This document shows, piece after piece, positions 1 through 10,327 of a stretch of 64,000 nucleotides of DNA. The translations under genes were made by a program, and so were the position numbers. The stretch's first letter is position 1, and every line of letters begins with the position of its first letter. Source of the DNA: Candidatus Latescibacterota bacterium (lineage in GTDB: Bacteria; Latescibacterota; UBA2968); the NCBI GenBank assembly GCA_965116885.1, contig OZ220741.1, positions 5,184,001-5,248,000 of the forward strand. Direction: 5' to 3'. Under the pieces are notes generated by a model that saw nothing but the letters and a program-made list of their open reading frames with translations, made no database searches and had not been told where the DNA came from.

Positions 1-2
1 GT

Positions 3-356
3 GGCGATGGTCAGGTGGTTGTATATGACGAATACGGTCCCACGCGCATGATCCGCACCGTGGAATGGAAGTATGTCCATCGCTATCCCTATGGTCCCCA
101 TGAACTCTACAACCTGGTAAACGATCCGGATGAACGACAAAATCTGATCGCAGAACAAAAACATCAACTAATCCGAGAATCGCTACAGGCCGATCTGGAT
201 GCGTGGTTTGTGCGCTATGCCGATCCCGAGCGGGATGGCTCGCGAGAAGCCGTGATGGGCAGAGGACAGTTAGACATTGTTGGTCCTGCAGCAAAGGGGC
301 GGAAGCGATTTGGCGATGATGTCGTTTTTGAACGCGACAACAAACGGAGATCCTGA
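3..356 (+). CDS. Sulfatase family protein, C-terminal part (5' end outside window)
   Basis: Frame open from window edge; MIRTVEWKYV...ELYNLVNDPDERQNL is the typical sulfatase C-terminal signature. Confidence 0.8.
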   Translation, partial: GDGQVVVYDEYGPTRMIRTVEWKYVHRYPYGPHELYNLVNDPDERQNLIAEQKHQLIRESLQADLDAWFVRYADPERDGSREAVMGRGQLDIVGPAAKGRKRFGDDVVFERDNKRRS

Positions 357-358
357 CA

Positions 359-1492
359 ATGGCCGATCTACTTGATGAACGCATTGTACGCATTGAAAAA
401 GTAATGTTAAAAAGTCCGCGTCCCCGCTTTGTGGGCGTAAATTCCAAAGGTGGCCCCATAGGCGATATGGTTACGGATCACGTCGTTCGCATCCATACAG
501 AGAGCGGAGCCATTGGCGTTGGCTGGTCGCGCATAAACCGCAAACAGGCCGAACAATTCTTGGCAAAACAATTGAATGAACTCTTCGCATTGCCCAACGG
601 CTGTTTGGAAGTGGGCGAAAGCATCGACTTGCCGCTGTGGGATCTGGTGGCAAAACTCTCGGATATGCCATTGTACAAACTGCTGGGCGCACGTGGTTCC
701 CGAGCAGTGGAACTCTACGATGGATCGGTTTATATCGATGACCTGGAAGCGACCGATGACGAAGCAGTGGCAATTTTCCAGGAAGAAGTAAAAACCGGCC
801 AGGAATACGGATTCAAAAATTTCAAAATAAAAATTGGACGCGGGGCAAAGTGGATGCCGATTATCGAAGGCCTGGAACGGGATGTGCTCGTCATTCAAAC
901 GATTCGAGAGGCAGCGGGACCGGACGCCAAAATTCTCGTTGACGCCAACAACGGAACAACGCTGAATATTGCCCAGGAAATTCTCAAACGGTGTGAATCC
1001 GCAAGGATCTACTGGTTTGAAGAAGCCTTTCACGAGGAACGGGGATTCAACGAACCTTTTAAGGCATTTATTCAAGCCTCTGGTTATGACACTTATGTCG
1101 CAGATGGCGAGTCAGGCCCACCACCACCTAATTTTTTTGACATGGTAAAACGCGGCTGGATTGATATTGTGCAACACGATTTCCGCGCCAGAGGATTGAC
1201 CTGGTGGAAAGCGACTGCGGATATGATCGCGCCCTGGGGTGCCCAATGTGCTCCGCATTGCTGGGGCAGTATTATCGAGCGTTATGCACACGCACATTTT
1301 GCCGCTTCGATTCCAAATTTTTGCCTATTAGAAACAGCGCCAGCAGACACGCAGGGCATAGTGCTTGATGGCTGGGAATTTCGAGACGGCCACCTCATCG
1401 TGTCAGATACGCCGGGAACGGGATTTGACCTTGCACCTGAAACAATTGCACGGGGAACACGCGAAGAAGGCGGGTTTTGCGTTTCTGTTTAA
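359..1492 (+). CDS. Mandelate racemase/muconate lactonizing enzyme (enolase superfamily)
   Basis: KIKIG (KxK), VDAN, WFEE, ADGE metal ligands, APH. Confidence 0.85.
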   Translation: MADLLDERIVRIEKVMLKSPRPRFVGVNSKGGPIGDMVTDHVVRIHTESGAIGVGWSRINRKQAEQFLAKQLNELFALPNGCLEVGESIDLPLWDLVAKLSDMPLYKLLGARGSRAVELYDGSVYIDDLEATDDEAVAIFQEEVKTGQEYGFKNFKIKIGRGAKWMPIIEGLERDVLVIQTIREAAGPDAKILVDANNGTTLNIAQEILKRCESARIYWFEEAFHEERGFNEPFKAFIQASGYDTYVADGESGPPPPNFFDMVKRGWIDIVQHDFRARGLTWWKATADMIAPWGAQCAPHCWGSIIERYAHAHFAASIPNFCLLETAPADTQGIVLDGWEFRDGHLIVSDTPGTGFDLAPETIARGTREEGGFCVSV

Positions 1493-1507
1493 AATAAGGA
1501 TAACACA

Positions 1508-2608
1508 GTGAATAACACACTCGTAGTAGCTACCCCCCAGGACGCTGGCATGTCTGCCGACCAGCTCGAACGGGCCTTTGGCGTACTCACAGCCGCTACA
1601 GAAGCCGGGCAAATTGGCGCGGCCTCGCTGACAGTTGCGCGGCACGGCAAGGAAGTCTTCGCCCGGGGATGCGGACAAGAGCACCCTCGCACAGGCCAGA
1701 TAGTCGATGCGGACTCGATATTTCTCCTCGCCTCAATCACCAAGCCAGTTACTGCCTGCGCGCTGATGATCCTCGTAGATCGAGGGCTGATCTCACTCAA
1801 CGACCCGGCCATCGATTATCTACCCGAATACACCGGCGGCGACCGTCCCGCTGTCAAAGTGCGCCACTTGCTCTCGCACATATCCGGCATGCCCGACATG
1901 CTACCCGAAAACACTATCTTGCGACAGTCGCACACCCCCGTAGCTGGCTTCGTCGAACGGGCACTCCAGACCCCCTTGCTCTACAAGCCGGGAACCGATT
2001 TTTGCTACCAGAGCATGGGCATCCTGCTCGCAGCAGAAATAGTCGAACGAGTCAGCGGGCAGCGATTGCGCGACTTCGAGCGCGAGGAAATTTTCGCGCC
2101 GCTGGGAATGGCGCGAAGCGCATTGGGAATGGACAAATGGCCACTTCAGGACGTAGTGTGGTGCGGCACGGACGCCGAAGAGGATGAAGAGCAACAGAGT
2201 TGGGGCTGGAATTCCCCATATTGGCGCGACTTTGGAGCACCGTGGGGCGGCATGCACAGCACCGGACGCGATCTGGCGATCCTCTTGCAAACCATGCTCA
2301 ACGGCGGTACGTATGGCGATCGGCGCATCTTCAGCCGCGCCGCAGTCGCGACAATGACGCAAGATCAAAACGGGGCACTCAATGCACCCTGGGGAATCGG
2401 TTGGGGCGTATCCGGAGCGCGGGTATGGGGCTTTTGGGGCGACCTGGTATCGCGGCGAACCTTCGGACATACCGGGGCGACCGGCACAGTAGCCTGGGCA
2501 GACGCCGAACGTCAGCTCAGTTGCGTCGTGCTCACCAATCAGATGGTCGCCGACGGAAGCCTCCTGCGACGGGTTTCCAACGCAGTCGCAGCAGCAGTGG
2601 AAGAATAG
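1508..2608 (+). CDS. Serine hydrolase, beta-lactamase/class C esterase family
   Basis: ASITK (SxxK), LLSHISG, YQS, FGHTGATG motifs. Confidence 0.85.
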   Translation: MNNTLVVATPQDAGMSADQLERAFGVLTAATEAGQIGAASLTVARHGKEVFARGCGQEHPRTGQIVDADSIFLLASITKPVTACALMILVDRGLISLNDPAIDYLPEYTGGDRPAVKVRHLLSHISGMPDMLPENTILRQSHTPVAGFVERALQTPLLYKPGTDFCYQSMGILLAAEIVERVSGQRLRDFEREEIFAPLGMARSALGMDKWPLQDVVWCGTDAEEDEEQQSWGWNSPYWRDFGAPWGGMHSTGRDLAILLQTMLNGGTYGDRRIFSRAAVATMTQDQNGALNAPWGIGWGVSGARVWGFWGDLVSRRTFGHTGATGTVAWADAERQLSCVVLTNQMVADGSLLRRVSNAVAAAVEE

Positions 2609-2635
2609 TTTTCAGCCATACACTAAGGAGACAGT

Positions 2636-4357
2636 ATGAATACCGCAGCAAAAACGCGACAGACCAAACGTGACCGCGAGCGCATTGCATGGTGGGAAGA
2701 AGCGCGGTTTGGCATGTTCATTCACTGGGGCGTGTATGCGATCCCCGCGGGCAAATGGAAAGGCAAAGCCATTGAGGGCATCGGAGAATGGATTATGCGC
2801 CGTGCGGAAATTCCCGCCGCGGAATACGAACAACTCGCCTCACAATTCAATCCGGTAAAATTCGACGCCGATGCGGTTGCCAAACTCGCACGAGATGCGG
2901 GTATGAAATACCTCGTGATCACCGCCAAACACCACGACGGCTTTGCCATGTATGACTCCCCGTGCAGCGACTACGACATCGTCGATGCCACGCCTTATGG
3001 CAAAGACATTATGGCAGACCTGTCCAAAGCCTGCCAAAAATACGGCATTCGCCTCTGCTTCTACTATTCTCAAGATCAGGACTGGCACGACCCCAACGCC
3101 TCTGGGAATAACTGGGATTTTGATCCCGCGACCAAAGACTTCGCCTATTATCTCGAAAACAAAGCCAAACCCCAGGTGCGCGAGTTGCTCACACAATACG
3201 GGCCTATCGGCCTGATATGGTTCGACACCCCCGTCTCTATTTCCCTGGAACAGAGCCAATCGCTCTCCCGTCTCGTCCACGGCTTGCAACCCGACTGTCT
3301 CGTAAGCGGTCGCGTGGGCAATGGCGTGGGAGACTACGGCAGCCTGGGCGACAACCAGATCCCCACCGGCCGCCTCGAAGGCTACTGGGAGACACCCGCT
3401 ACCCTCAACGATACCTGGGGCTATAAAACCGATGACCACAACTGGAAAAGCGTAAAAACACTGCTCCATCTTCTCGTGGAACTCACCAGCAAAGGCGTCA
3501 ACTACCTGCTCAACATCGGGCCGCGCGCCGACGGCAGTGTACCCATGCCGAGTGTCAATCGCCTTCGCGCCATTGGCGAATGGATGAAAACCAACGGCGA
3601 AGCGATCTACGGCAGTAAAGCCACGCCATATCCCTATGAATTTCCCTGGGGCGGTATCACGCAAAAAGACAACCGTCTCTACTTGCTCTTTACCACATGG
3701 CCCGGCGAGAATTTCACCCTCCTGGGCCTGCGCAACCGCGTTACAAAAGCGACCTTGCTCGCCGACAAAAGCGCGCACATCGACGTCTCTCAAACCCGCG
3801 ACAGCGGTTGTGATATCTTAACATTGCGCCTGCCCGAATGCCCCGATCCAAACGTCTCGGTCGTCGCCCTCGAACTCGATGGCGCACCCGATGTCGATCA
3901 AACCGCTCTCCAGCAAACCGATGGCTCTATCACCATGATCGCCAGCATGGCGAACTTGCACACGCCCGAATCGGGAACGCAAATCCGCATTGGTGAAAGC
4001 GGCGTTATCGAAGACTGGTTTGACACATCCAACTGGATCGATTGCGACTTCAAAGTTTTCAAACCCGGCACCTTTGAAGTCCGCGTTCACACCAGCGCAC
4101 TCCGCCGCGCCCGAGAATGGACAGGCGGCCACGAAGTGCGCGTTGATATTGCGGGCAACACATTCCACAAAACCATCACACCCGACGCGTGGAGCGACAG
4201 CCCCAAAGCGCAGTATTTCCCAGAAGCCGCAACCATTATCGGCCAGGTCCAGCTCGACGAACCCGGCCTTTACACCATCGAAGTCCGCGCAGAATCTATC
4301 AACGAAAAATCTCAGGCTGGATTGTCTATCTCGGCCATTTCCCTGATGCGCGAATAA
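2636..4357 (+). CDS. Alpha-L-fucosidase (GH29) with C-terminal beta-sandwich extension
   Basis: RFGMFIHWG, TAKHHDGF, IWFD nucleophile, LLNIGP; RBS TAAGGAG. Confidence 0.9.
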   Translation: MNTAAKTRQTKRDRERIAWWEEARFGMFIHWGVYAIPAGKWKGKAIEGIGEWIMRRAEIPAAEYEQLASQFNPVKFDADAVAKLARDAGMKYLVITAKHHDGFAMYDSPCSDYDIVDATPYGKDIMADLSKACQKYGIRLCFYYSQDQDWHDPNASGNNWDFDPATKDFAYYLENKAKPQVRELLTQYGPIGLIWFDTPVSISLEQSQSLSRLVHGLQPDCLVSGRVGNGVGDYGSLGDNQIPTGRLEGYWETPATLNDTWGYKTDDHNWKSVKTLLHLLVELTSKGVNYLLNIGPRADGSVPMPSVNRLRAIGEWMKTNGEAIYGSKATPYPYEFPWGGITQKDNRLYLLFTTWPGENFTLLGLRNRVTKATLLADKSAHIDVSQTRDSGCDILTLRLPECPDPNVSVVALELDGAPDVDQTALQQTDGSITMIASMANLHTPESGTQIRIGESGVIEDWFDTSNWIDCDFKVFKPGTFEVRVHTSALRRAREWTGGHEVRVDIAGNTFHKTITPDAWSDSPKAQYFPEAATIIGQVQLDEPGLYTIEVRAESINEKSQAGLSISAISLMRE

Positions 4358-4374
4358 AAGCATAGGAGGATCCC

Positions 4375-5391
4375 ATGCCACTGGAAGTATGTGCCCTATC
4401 ACCCGAAAAGATGGAACTGCGGGAATACGAGGTACCAAAAGTTGGAAAAGGACAGATGAAAGTGCAGAGCCTGTACGCTGCTGCTAAGCACGGAACCGAG
4501 CTATCGGGCATAAAAGGTGACAGCGCAAAACGCGGAACTTATGATCCGGAACTCCAGGTATTTCCAAACACGGGCAAAGGGCGGTCGTCCCGGACGGGCA
4601 ATATGTTTATAGGCACTGTAATCAGCGAAGGTGTAGATGGGTTCGCAGAAGGCGACGTAGTGCTGAGCTACGGGCCATTCCGAGAAGTCCATGTCATCTC
4701 AACCGAACGGTGCTGGAAGGTCCCAGAGGGATTTTCGTGGAAATCCGCAGTCTGTTTGGACCCGGCGGATTTTGCCATGTGTGCGATCAGAGATGGACAG
4801 GTAAGAGTCGGAGACGCAGTCGCCGTATTTGGAATGGGAGCTATTGGCCTGATGGTCGTACAAATCGCCAAACTATCCGGGGCATATCCAATCATCGCGG
4901 TCGATCCATTGGAAAACCGCAAAAAAGTAGCCCAAATCTGCGGTGCCGACCTGATCCTTGACCCCACAACCTGTGACGCGGGCGTGGAAATCAAAAAAGC
5001 AACCGGAAACCGGGGAGTAGATGTGGCAATTGACTACAGCGCCAATGTACACGCCCTACAAGCTGCCATACGCGGCGTGGCATTTGGCGGCAATGTAGTG
5101 GCTGGCGCTGCGCCAGCACCTTATGGTCCCGGGCTGGATCTTGGCGCAGAAGCGCATTACAACCGCCCCAATCTCATCTTTTCGCGGTCCTGCAGCGATC
5201 CAAACCGGGAATATCCCCGATGGGACGAAAAACGCGTTTACGCCACCTGCTGGCGACTGCTCACCGAAGGAAAACTGACGGGCGAACCCATTGTAACGCC
5301 CGTAGTCGCCTTTGAAGACATCGTCACAGAATATCCCAAAATCACCAGCAACCCCGAGCAGAATATCAAACTGGGGGCTTATTTTAAATAG
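4375..5391 (+). CDS. ycjQ: Medium-chain dehydrogenase resembling E. coli YcjQ (glycoside 3-dehydrogenase)
   Basis: KHGTE, SWKSAVCLDPA, GMGAIG, EAHYN..IFSRSCSDPN..YPRW match YcjQ as recalled. Confidence 0.7.
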   Translation: MPLEVCALSPEKMELREYEVPKVGKGQMKVQSLYAAAKHGTELSGIKGDSAKRGTYDPELQVFPNTGKGRSSRTGNMFIGTVISEGVDGFAEGDVVLSYGPFREVHVISTERCWKVPEGFSWKSAVCLDPADFAMCAIRDGQVRVGDAVAVFGMGAIGLMVVQIAKLSGAYPIIAVDPLENRKKVAQICGADLILDPTTCDAGVEIKKATGNRGVDVAIDYSANVHALQAAIRGVAFGGNVVAGAAPAPYGPGLDLGAEAHYNRPNLIFSRSCSDPNREYPRWDEKRVYATCWRLLTEGKLTGEPIVTPVVAFEDIVTEYPKITSNPEQNIKLGAYFK

Positions 5392-5486
5392 CTCTCAGGC
5401 TTTTTTCGCCATCTCGGAAGCGGACTTAGAGCAGATATGCTACGCGCTGTTCGAGAATTTTGCCCCGCTAAGATAGAATCCAATAC

Positions 5487-5517
5487 AAAACAGCCATCCG
5501 ATGTGGGTGGCTGTTTT
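5487..5517. terminator. Bidirectional intrinsic terminator-like hairpin
   Basis: AAAACAGCCATCC-GATGT-GGGTGGCTGTTTT. Confidence 0.7.
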
Positions 5518-5533
5518 AATAAGGAGAATTTCC

Positions 5534-6634
5534 ATGCCGAAAATCAGGGTAGTTGTGTTGCTTTTTCTTTTTTTGTGTCAGACTGCCGAGGGCAAAGAAC
5601 TAAGTCCAGATATACAGTTATTGATTGCTCATGGGTTTATTAAAGAAGCAAAACTTGAGTTGATTGCCGTAGCCCGCAATCCTGAAAATAGTGACCCAGA
5701 AAAAATACAGGCACTATTGCTTTTGGACACGATAGCATCAAATAACACAGAAAAAAAAGTTGTTTTGGAGATGCTATGCGACATTGACAACAAATACTTG
5801 CCGCAGCTAAAACAATTTGAGGCTGATGTTTTAAAGGAGAAAGAGCAAGAGAAATTAGCCCAGCAAAGGCTCCGAGATGAAGAACGTGCCAAACAGTATC
5901 TTGAACATGCAAAGTTATGGAGAAAACGGATAAGAGAATGGAAGGATAGCTCCGATTATTATGACTATGAAGAGTTGGTGGCGTCTATGGAATTTTGGCT
6001 TAACAAAGCATTGAATCATGTTCCCAACTCCGATGTATCTAAAGAAGCCTTTGAGTTTTATTTTGATATTTTATTTCAGGACCTGATAATCTATAAGCCG
6101 GGGTTCTTTTCTTCTAAGTTTGAAGCAAAGAATTTTGAAGAATCTATGGCTAAAATTGTCAATGGTCTTGAAATTTATGAGACAATGTATCCTGACGCTC
6201 CAGAGGTTTTGGAGTTGATGTGGAATGTACATGATACTTTTTACCGGTTGTCTCTGCATCGTCAATGGTGGCAGGTGATTCCGAGAAAGCGTAGTGATAT
6301 AAAAGGGGAACATAGGCATTTAATTTATTTTAGGTCTATGTTCGACATGTACATGTTGTCCCTGGAATGGTTAGATCGTATTATGAAACGATCCGAAGGT
6401 AAGGAGAATTTCTACTCTGATATGGCACGTCGAAAATATCGGTTTATGTCTCGCTACTTCCACCGTTATGTAGATATCGAGAAGGACGAAAAAAACCAAT
6501 ATCGCATCAAAAGTGTCCTAAACGCAGGTGGATTCAGAGGTGTAGCAGAAGAAGACCTGAAAAAGATACAGGTAGAAATTAGCCTGAGAGTCACGAAGTA
6601 CCCTGTTATAGAAATATCTTCTGTTTCCCAGTAG
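5534..6634 (+). CDS. Hypothetical secreted alpha-helical protein, AT-rich
   Basis: RBS AAGGAG before ATG 5534; signal-like MPKIRVVVLLFLFLCQTAEG; long open frame. Confidence 0.75.
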   Translation: MPKIRVVVLLFLFLCQTAEGKELSPDIQLLIAHGFIKEAKLELIAVARNPENSDPEKIQALLLLDTIASNNTEKKVVLEMLCDIDNKYLPQLKQFEADVLKEKEQEKLAQQRLRDEERAKQYLEHAKLWRKRIREWKDSSDYYDYEELVASMEFWLNKALNHVPNSDVSKEAFEFYFDILFQDLIIYKPGFFSSKFEAKNFEESMAKIVNGLEIYETMYPDAPEVLELMWNVHDTFYRLSLHRQWWQVIPRKRSDIKGEHRHLIYFRSMFDMYMLSLEWLDRIMKRSEGKENFYSDMARRKYRFMSRYFHRYVDIEKDEKNQYRIKSVLNAGGFRGVAEEDLKKIQVEISLRVTKYPVIEISSVSQ

Positions 6635-6639
6635 CCACA

Positions 6640-6670
6640 AAAATAGCCACCAGTGATAGGTGGCTATTTT
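6640..6670. terminator. Bidirectional terminator-like hairpin
   Basis: AAAATAGCCACC-AGTGATA-GGTGGCTATTTT between convergent genes. Confidence 0.75.
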
Positions 6671-6837
6671 CTTTATACGTATTTGTGAATTGAACCACTA
6701 TCCGCCAACAAACAGCCCCTGCCGCCCACTGTCCGCGTCTCGTTCTCTGGAAGAGCGAAGGTTGAATGCCTTGATCCAAGACATCCTTACCTCGGATCGG
6801 CTAAGTATTAACGCCTGCATTCGCTTCCACCATTGGA

Positions 6838-7068
6838 TCAATTTCCGAGCAAACCAATGAATGTCTCTCTATCAATTTCGACATCTTTCCGAATTTTGGA
6901 CATAAGGCCAACGCCGATTGTTTCACCGCGATGAATAGGCACAACCGTGCCTCGCCCATCTGGGTGCTTCATAATCACATGACTCCCCCGTTGTCTCACA
7001 ACCTCGAAACCGACTTTCCTCAGAGACCGGACTACATGGGCACCTGTTACCCTTGGCATTCTGGTCAT
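6838..7068 (-). CDS. hicA: HicA family mRNA interferase toxin
   Basis: GFEVVRQRGSHVIMKH...VVPIH...IGVG. Confidence 0.9.
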   Translation of the reverse strand: MTRMPRVTGAHVVRSLRKVGFEVVRQRGSHVIMKHPDGRGTVVPIHRGETIGVGLMSKIRKDVEIDRETFIGLLGN

Positions 7069-7277
7069 ACGGATATTCTTTGAACGCCGACCAGTTCAAG
7101 TGGACTCTGAGCGTCTTCACCCTCAACCTCAAGCCAGAGTGCAATCGCCTCTTCCATCCGTTCAAGCAACTGGTCAATTGACTTGCCCTGGGTATGACAA
7201 CCCGGAAGAGCAGGGACACTCCCGACGTAATACCCGTCTTCATCCTTTTCTATTACAATCGTGTATTCAGTGCTCAT
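7065..7277 (-). CDS. hicB: HicB family antitoxin (short form, no C-terminal DNA-binding domain)
   Basis: YTIVIEKDEDGYYVGSVPALPGCHTQGKS; 4-bp overlap with hicA. Confidence 0.9.
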   Translation of the reverse strand: MSTEYTIVIEKDEDGYYVGSVPALPGCHTQGKSIDQLLERMEEAIALWLEVEGEDAQSPLELVGVQRISV

Positions 7278-7358
7278 TGGATTTTCTCAAAATCGTAGCT
7301 TCTTACAATAATGCGCTGGTTCAGTATATGCGAGACGCCAGCATACGCTACTCGCTGC

Positions 7359-8125
7359 CTATTCTTCGGAATAACGTTGCGTGACCGCCTTTGCGGCATA
7401 GAACTGCACATCATAACCGTGTTCGTTTTGCAGGTCGCGGCACGCTTCCAGCAAATTCTCAATGCTTTTGATTTCCTTATTATCGTTCTCTCGAGCTGCC
7501 CCAGTATCTTGGGATTCATTCATACGGCCTTCGCTTTCCACAGTTTCGCTTTCCATATCTGCGAATGCGATATATTTGTATTAATGAGCTTTGCAGAGAC
7601 GAGATTTGCGTCAACGACTATCGCTTTTGTCAGGTTGGCATTGGAAAGATCCGCATTGGAAAGATCCGCATTGGAAAGATCCACGCCCGTCAGGCAGGCA
7701 TTGGAAAGATCTACACCTGTTAGGCAGGCATTGGAAAGGTCGGTGCTGGAGAGGTTGGCACTGGAAAGAGCGGCACCAGAGAGGTCGGCACCAGAGAGGT
7801 CGGCGTTGCCAAGATAGGCACCAGTCAAGCTGGGCGTCTCCCAGGGCCGCGCTCGGAAGATTTTGCCTCCGGTGAAACTGGCCCTACTGGGATAGACATC
7901 AGACAAATCGGCACTGATCGGGTCGGCTTTAGAAGGGTCGGCACAGGAACTGAGATTGATCCCAGAGAGAGGAATTTGCCCATTGCTGTCGAGCTTTCCC
8001 GCCTCCTGAAATTTTTTGTAGAGATTCACGCCCGCAAGATTTGGCACAAAATCTTCGCGCTCGCGTCTTTTGTTCCAAGCCTCAACGCCTTCGAGAAGCC
8101 ATTGAATGTGTTGTGTATTCGCCAT
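7359..8125 (-). pseudogene. Pentapeptide-repeat protein, probably frameshifted/truncated after the repeats
   Basis: LLEGVEAWN N-cap, A(D/N)LS repeats; stop at 7520 right after a duplicated TGGAAAGCGAA; protein-like sequence continues in another frame (KEIKSIENLLEAC). Confidence 0.55.
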
Positions 8126-8381
8126 ATCTCTTTCTCCTCTATATCCCAAAATTCATCCGTTTAATCGTTTCAGATCAATATAGCCAACATCATATCATCG
8201 TGCAAGGTCGCCGCTTTATTTCGGACGGATTTGAGATCATTGTTCGGAGCAAAGTCAAACAAATCAAAAGGGCCAGAGTCGTTTGACTACTGACCGCTCG
8301 CTACCCATTTCTTATGCGCCTATGCTACGGCATCTGACCTGCGGGTTTTATCCTGATCATCCTTTCATCCTGTAAATCCTG

Positions 8382-8416
8382 ATGAACTGGTCTGAAAATC
8401 GACCAGTTGTACACCG
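8382..8416. repeat. Dispersed palindromic element, copy A
   Basis: ATGAACTGGTC-TGAAAATC-GACCAGTT-GTACACCG; related copies at 29894, 29958, 30093. Confidence 0.7.
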
Positions 8417-8431
8417 CTTCTGACAATGTTT

Positions 8432-10327
8432 TCACCCCAACACCCGCACATCTCCTTGCCTGATGGTTATGCCCTGTGTATCAAAATAATTCAACAGCGG
8501 CACGGCAAATTTGCGCGTGGTTCCGATCAGGCTGCGAAACGTCGATACATCGATCTCCCCATTTTCTTTTAGATAATCAACCAATTGCCGCGTCACCTCT
8601 TCCATCACCTCGGGATGAAAGAGCAATGTATCGTCCAGACGCACCAGACCACCCATTGCCTGCATCGCCGATACAACATCCCGCACAGATCTCGCATTGA
8701 CCTGAATCGCATCGGGCAACGTCTTTAAGTCCTCAGGCGTTGTCCCCCCATCTTTTAATACTCGCGCAATCGCATCGCGAATTTCCTCTTGTTCGGGCGT
8801 CAATGCAATTTTGTAATCGCGCAACCCAATCAGCGCGCTTTCGCTCCTTAAAACACCTTCACGGACGAGATGTTCAACACCCTGCACAAACAAATCGTCC
8901 GAAGGTGCTCCCTTCACCAATGCGCGAAGCTCCTCGCGCCGCGCACCTGGTCGGAGGGGATACGCCCCGTGAAAAAACCGCATCGCATCGCCAATCCCAT
9001 CCAGCACATCCCGCCAGCACATCGCGTGGACATACATCGTTTTACCCGCCTGCACATAAGAAATCACATCGCCCGAATCGACGAGTGCGGTTAACTGGCT
9101 CTCAATCCCACTCGCAGACACCGCCATCTCAGATGCGAGTTGCAGCACAGTTCGCGGTTGCAATCGCGCGGCCTTTAAGCGCGTCAACAAAACCTGTGTG
9201 GGATCATCCTGTTCCAATTCCCGCAGTGCGTCAATGACATCGTCCCGAAACCGCCGATGCTTCACGGGTTGCGGATCCAGCACCACACCACCGCCCAGCG
9301 TTTGCACCGGTGAATACCGCCGAATCACAAACCGATCTCCCCGCGCGGCAACACCCGGTTCCTCCAGCCGCAACTGCACCAGTTGCGACTCACCCGGCAA
9401 CAATGTCTCACCCTCAAGCAACACCACACGGGCCAAAACCTCTCGCGGTCCCATCAGCAAATGCACGCGCGTGCGATTTGTCACATGCGCGGGTGCATCG
9501 GGTAACATGTGCAAACGCGCATCGATCATATACGTCGTCTCAAAATACCCCGGTTGTGCCAGAAGATCGCCCCTCGACACCTCATCTACTTCGACCCCGC
9601 TTATATTAATAGCCGCACGCGCGCCCACCTGTGCCACATCTACATCCCGCCCATGCGTTTGCACACCGCGCACGCGAACACTTTTATCCGACGGCAACAG
9701 CGACAATGCATCTCGCACGCGCACATCCCCTGAAATCACAGTACCCGTCACCACAGTTCCAAATCCCTGCACGGAAAAAGCGCGATCAACGGGCAAGCGA
9801 AAAATACCCTGATCTGGCCGCGCCTCAACCCTTGCGATCTCCGCCTCAACCGCCGAACGCAACGCATCAATCCCCTCACCCGTAATCGACGATACGGGCA
9901 CAATCGACGCATCCTCCAAAAATGTCTCGGCAAACACCTCCTGTAATTCCTCTTCAACCAGCTCCAGCCACTCTTCTTCTACCAGATCGACTTTAGTCAA
10001 CACCACAATGCCGCGGGGCACACCTAAAAGATTCAAAATACCCAGATGCTCGCGCGTCTGCGGCATCACCCCATCGTCGGCAGCCACCACAAAAAGTGCC
10101 AGATCAACCGTACACACACCCGTCACCATATTCTTGACAAAGCGCTCGTGCCCGGGCACATCGATAATGGTCACATTGTCTTTCCAATACGCAAAGCCAA
10201 TATCAATCGTCACGCCGCGATCGCGCTCCTCCGGCAAGGTATCGGTCTCAATACCCGTCAATGCCTTGACCAATGCCGTCTTGCCGTGATCGATATGCCC
10301 GGCCGTTCCAATAATCACATGCGCCAT
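8432..10327 (-). CDS. selB: Selenocysteine-specific elongation factor
   Basis: GTAGHIDHGKT, DVPGHERF, C-terminal TRKFAVPLL winged helix; adjacent to selA. Confidence 0.97.
   Translation of the reverse strand: MAHVIIGTAGHIDHGKTALVKALTGIETDTLPEERDRGVTIDIGFAYWKDNVTIIDVPGHERFVKNMVTGVCTVDLALFVVAADDGVMPQTREHLGILNLLGVPRGIVVLTKVDLVEEEWLELVEEELQEVFAETFLEDASIVPVSSITGEGIDALRSAVEAEIARVEARPDQGIFRLPVDRAFSVQGFGTVVTGTVISGDVRVRDALSLLPSDKSVRVRGVQTHGRDVDVAQVGARAAINISGVEVDEVSRGDLLAQPGYFETTYMIDARLHMLPDAPAHVTNRTRVHLLMGPREVLARVVLLEGETLLPGESQLVQLRLEEPGVAARGDRFVIRRYSPVQTLGGGVVLDPQPVKHRRFRDDVIDALRELEQDDPTQVLLTRLKAARLQPRTVLQLASEMAVSASGIESQLTALVDSGDVISYVQAGKTMYVHAMCWRDVLDGIGDAMRFFHGAYPLRPGARREELRALVKGAPSDDLFVQGVEHLVREGVLRSESALIGLRDYKIALTPEQEEIRDAIARVLKDGGTTPEDLKTLPDAIQVNARSVRDVVSAMQAMGGLVRLDDTLLFHPEVMEEVTRQLVDYLKENGEIDVSTFRSLIGTTRKFAVPLLNYFDTQGITIRQGDVRVLG

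Noticed and set aside
7274..7522. Selenocysteine readthrough of the pentapeptide gene's TGA into in-frame ORF 7274..7519, near selAB
   Set aside because: The in-frame continuation looks non-coding, a different frame is more protein-like, and no redox motif or convincing SECIS hairpin is visible; a frameshift is simpler
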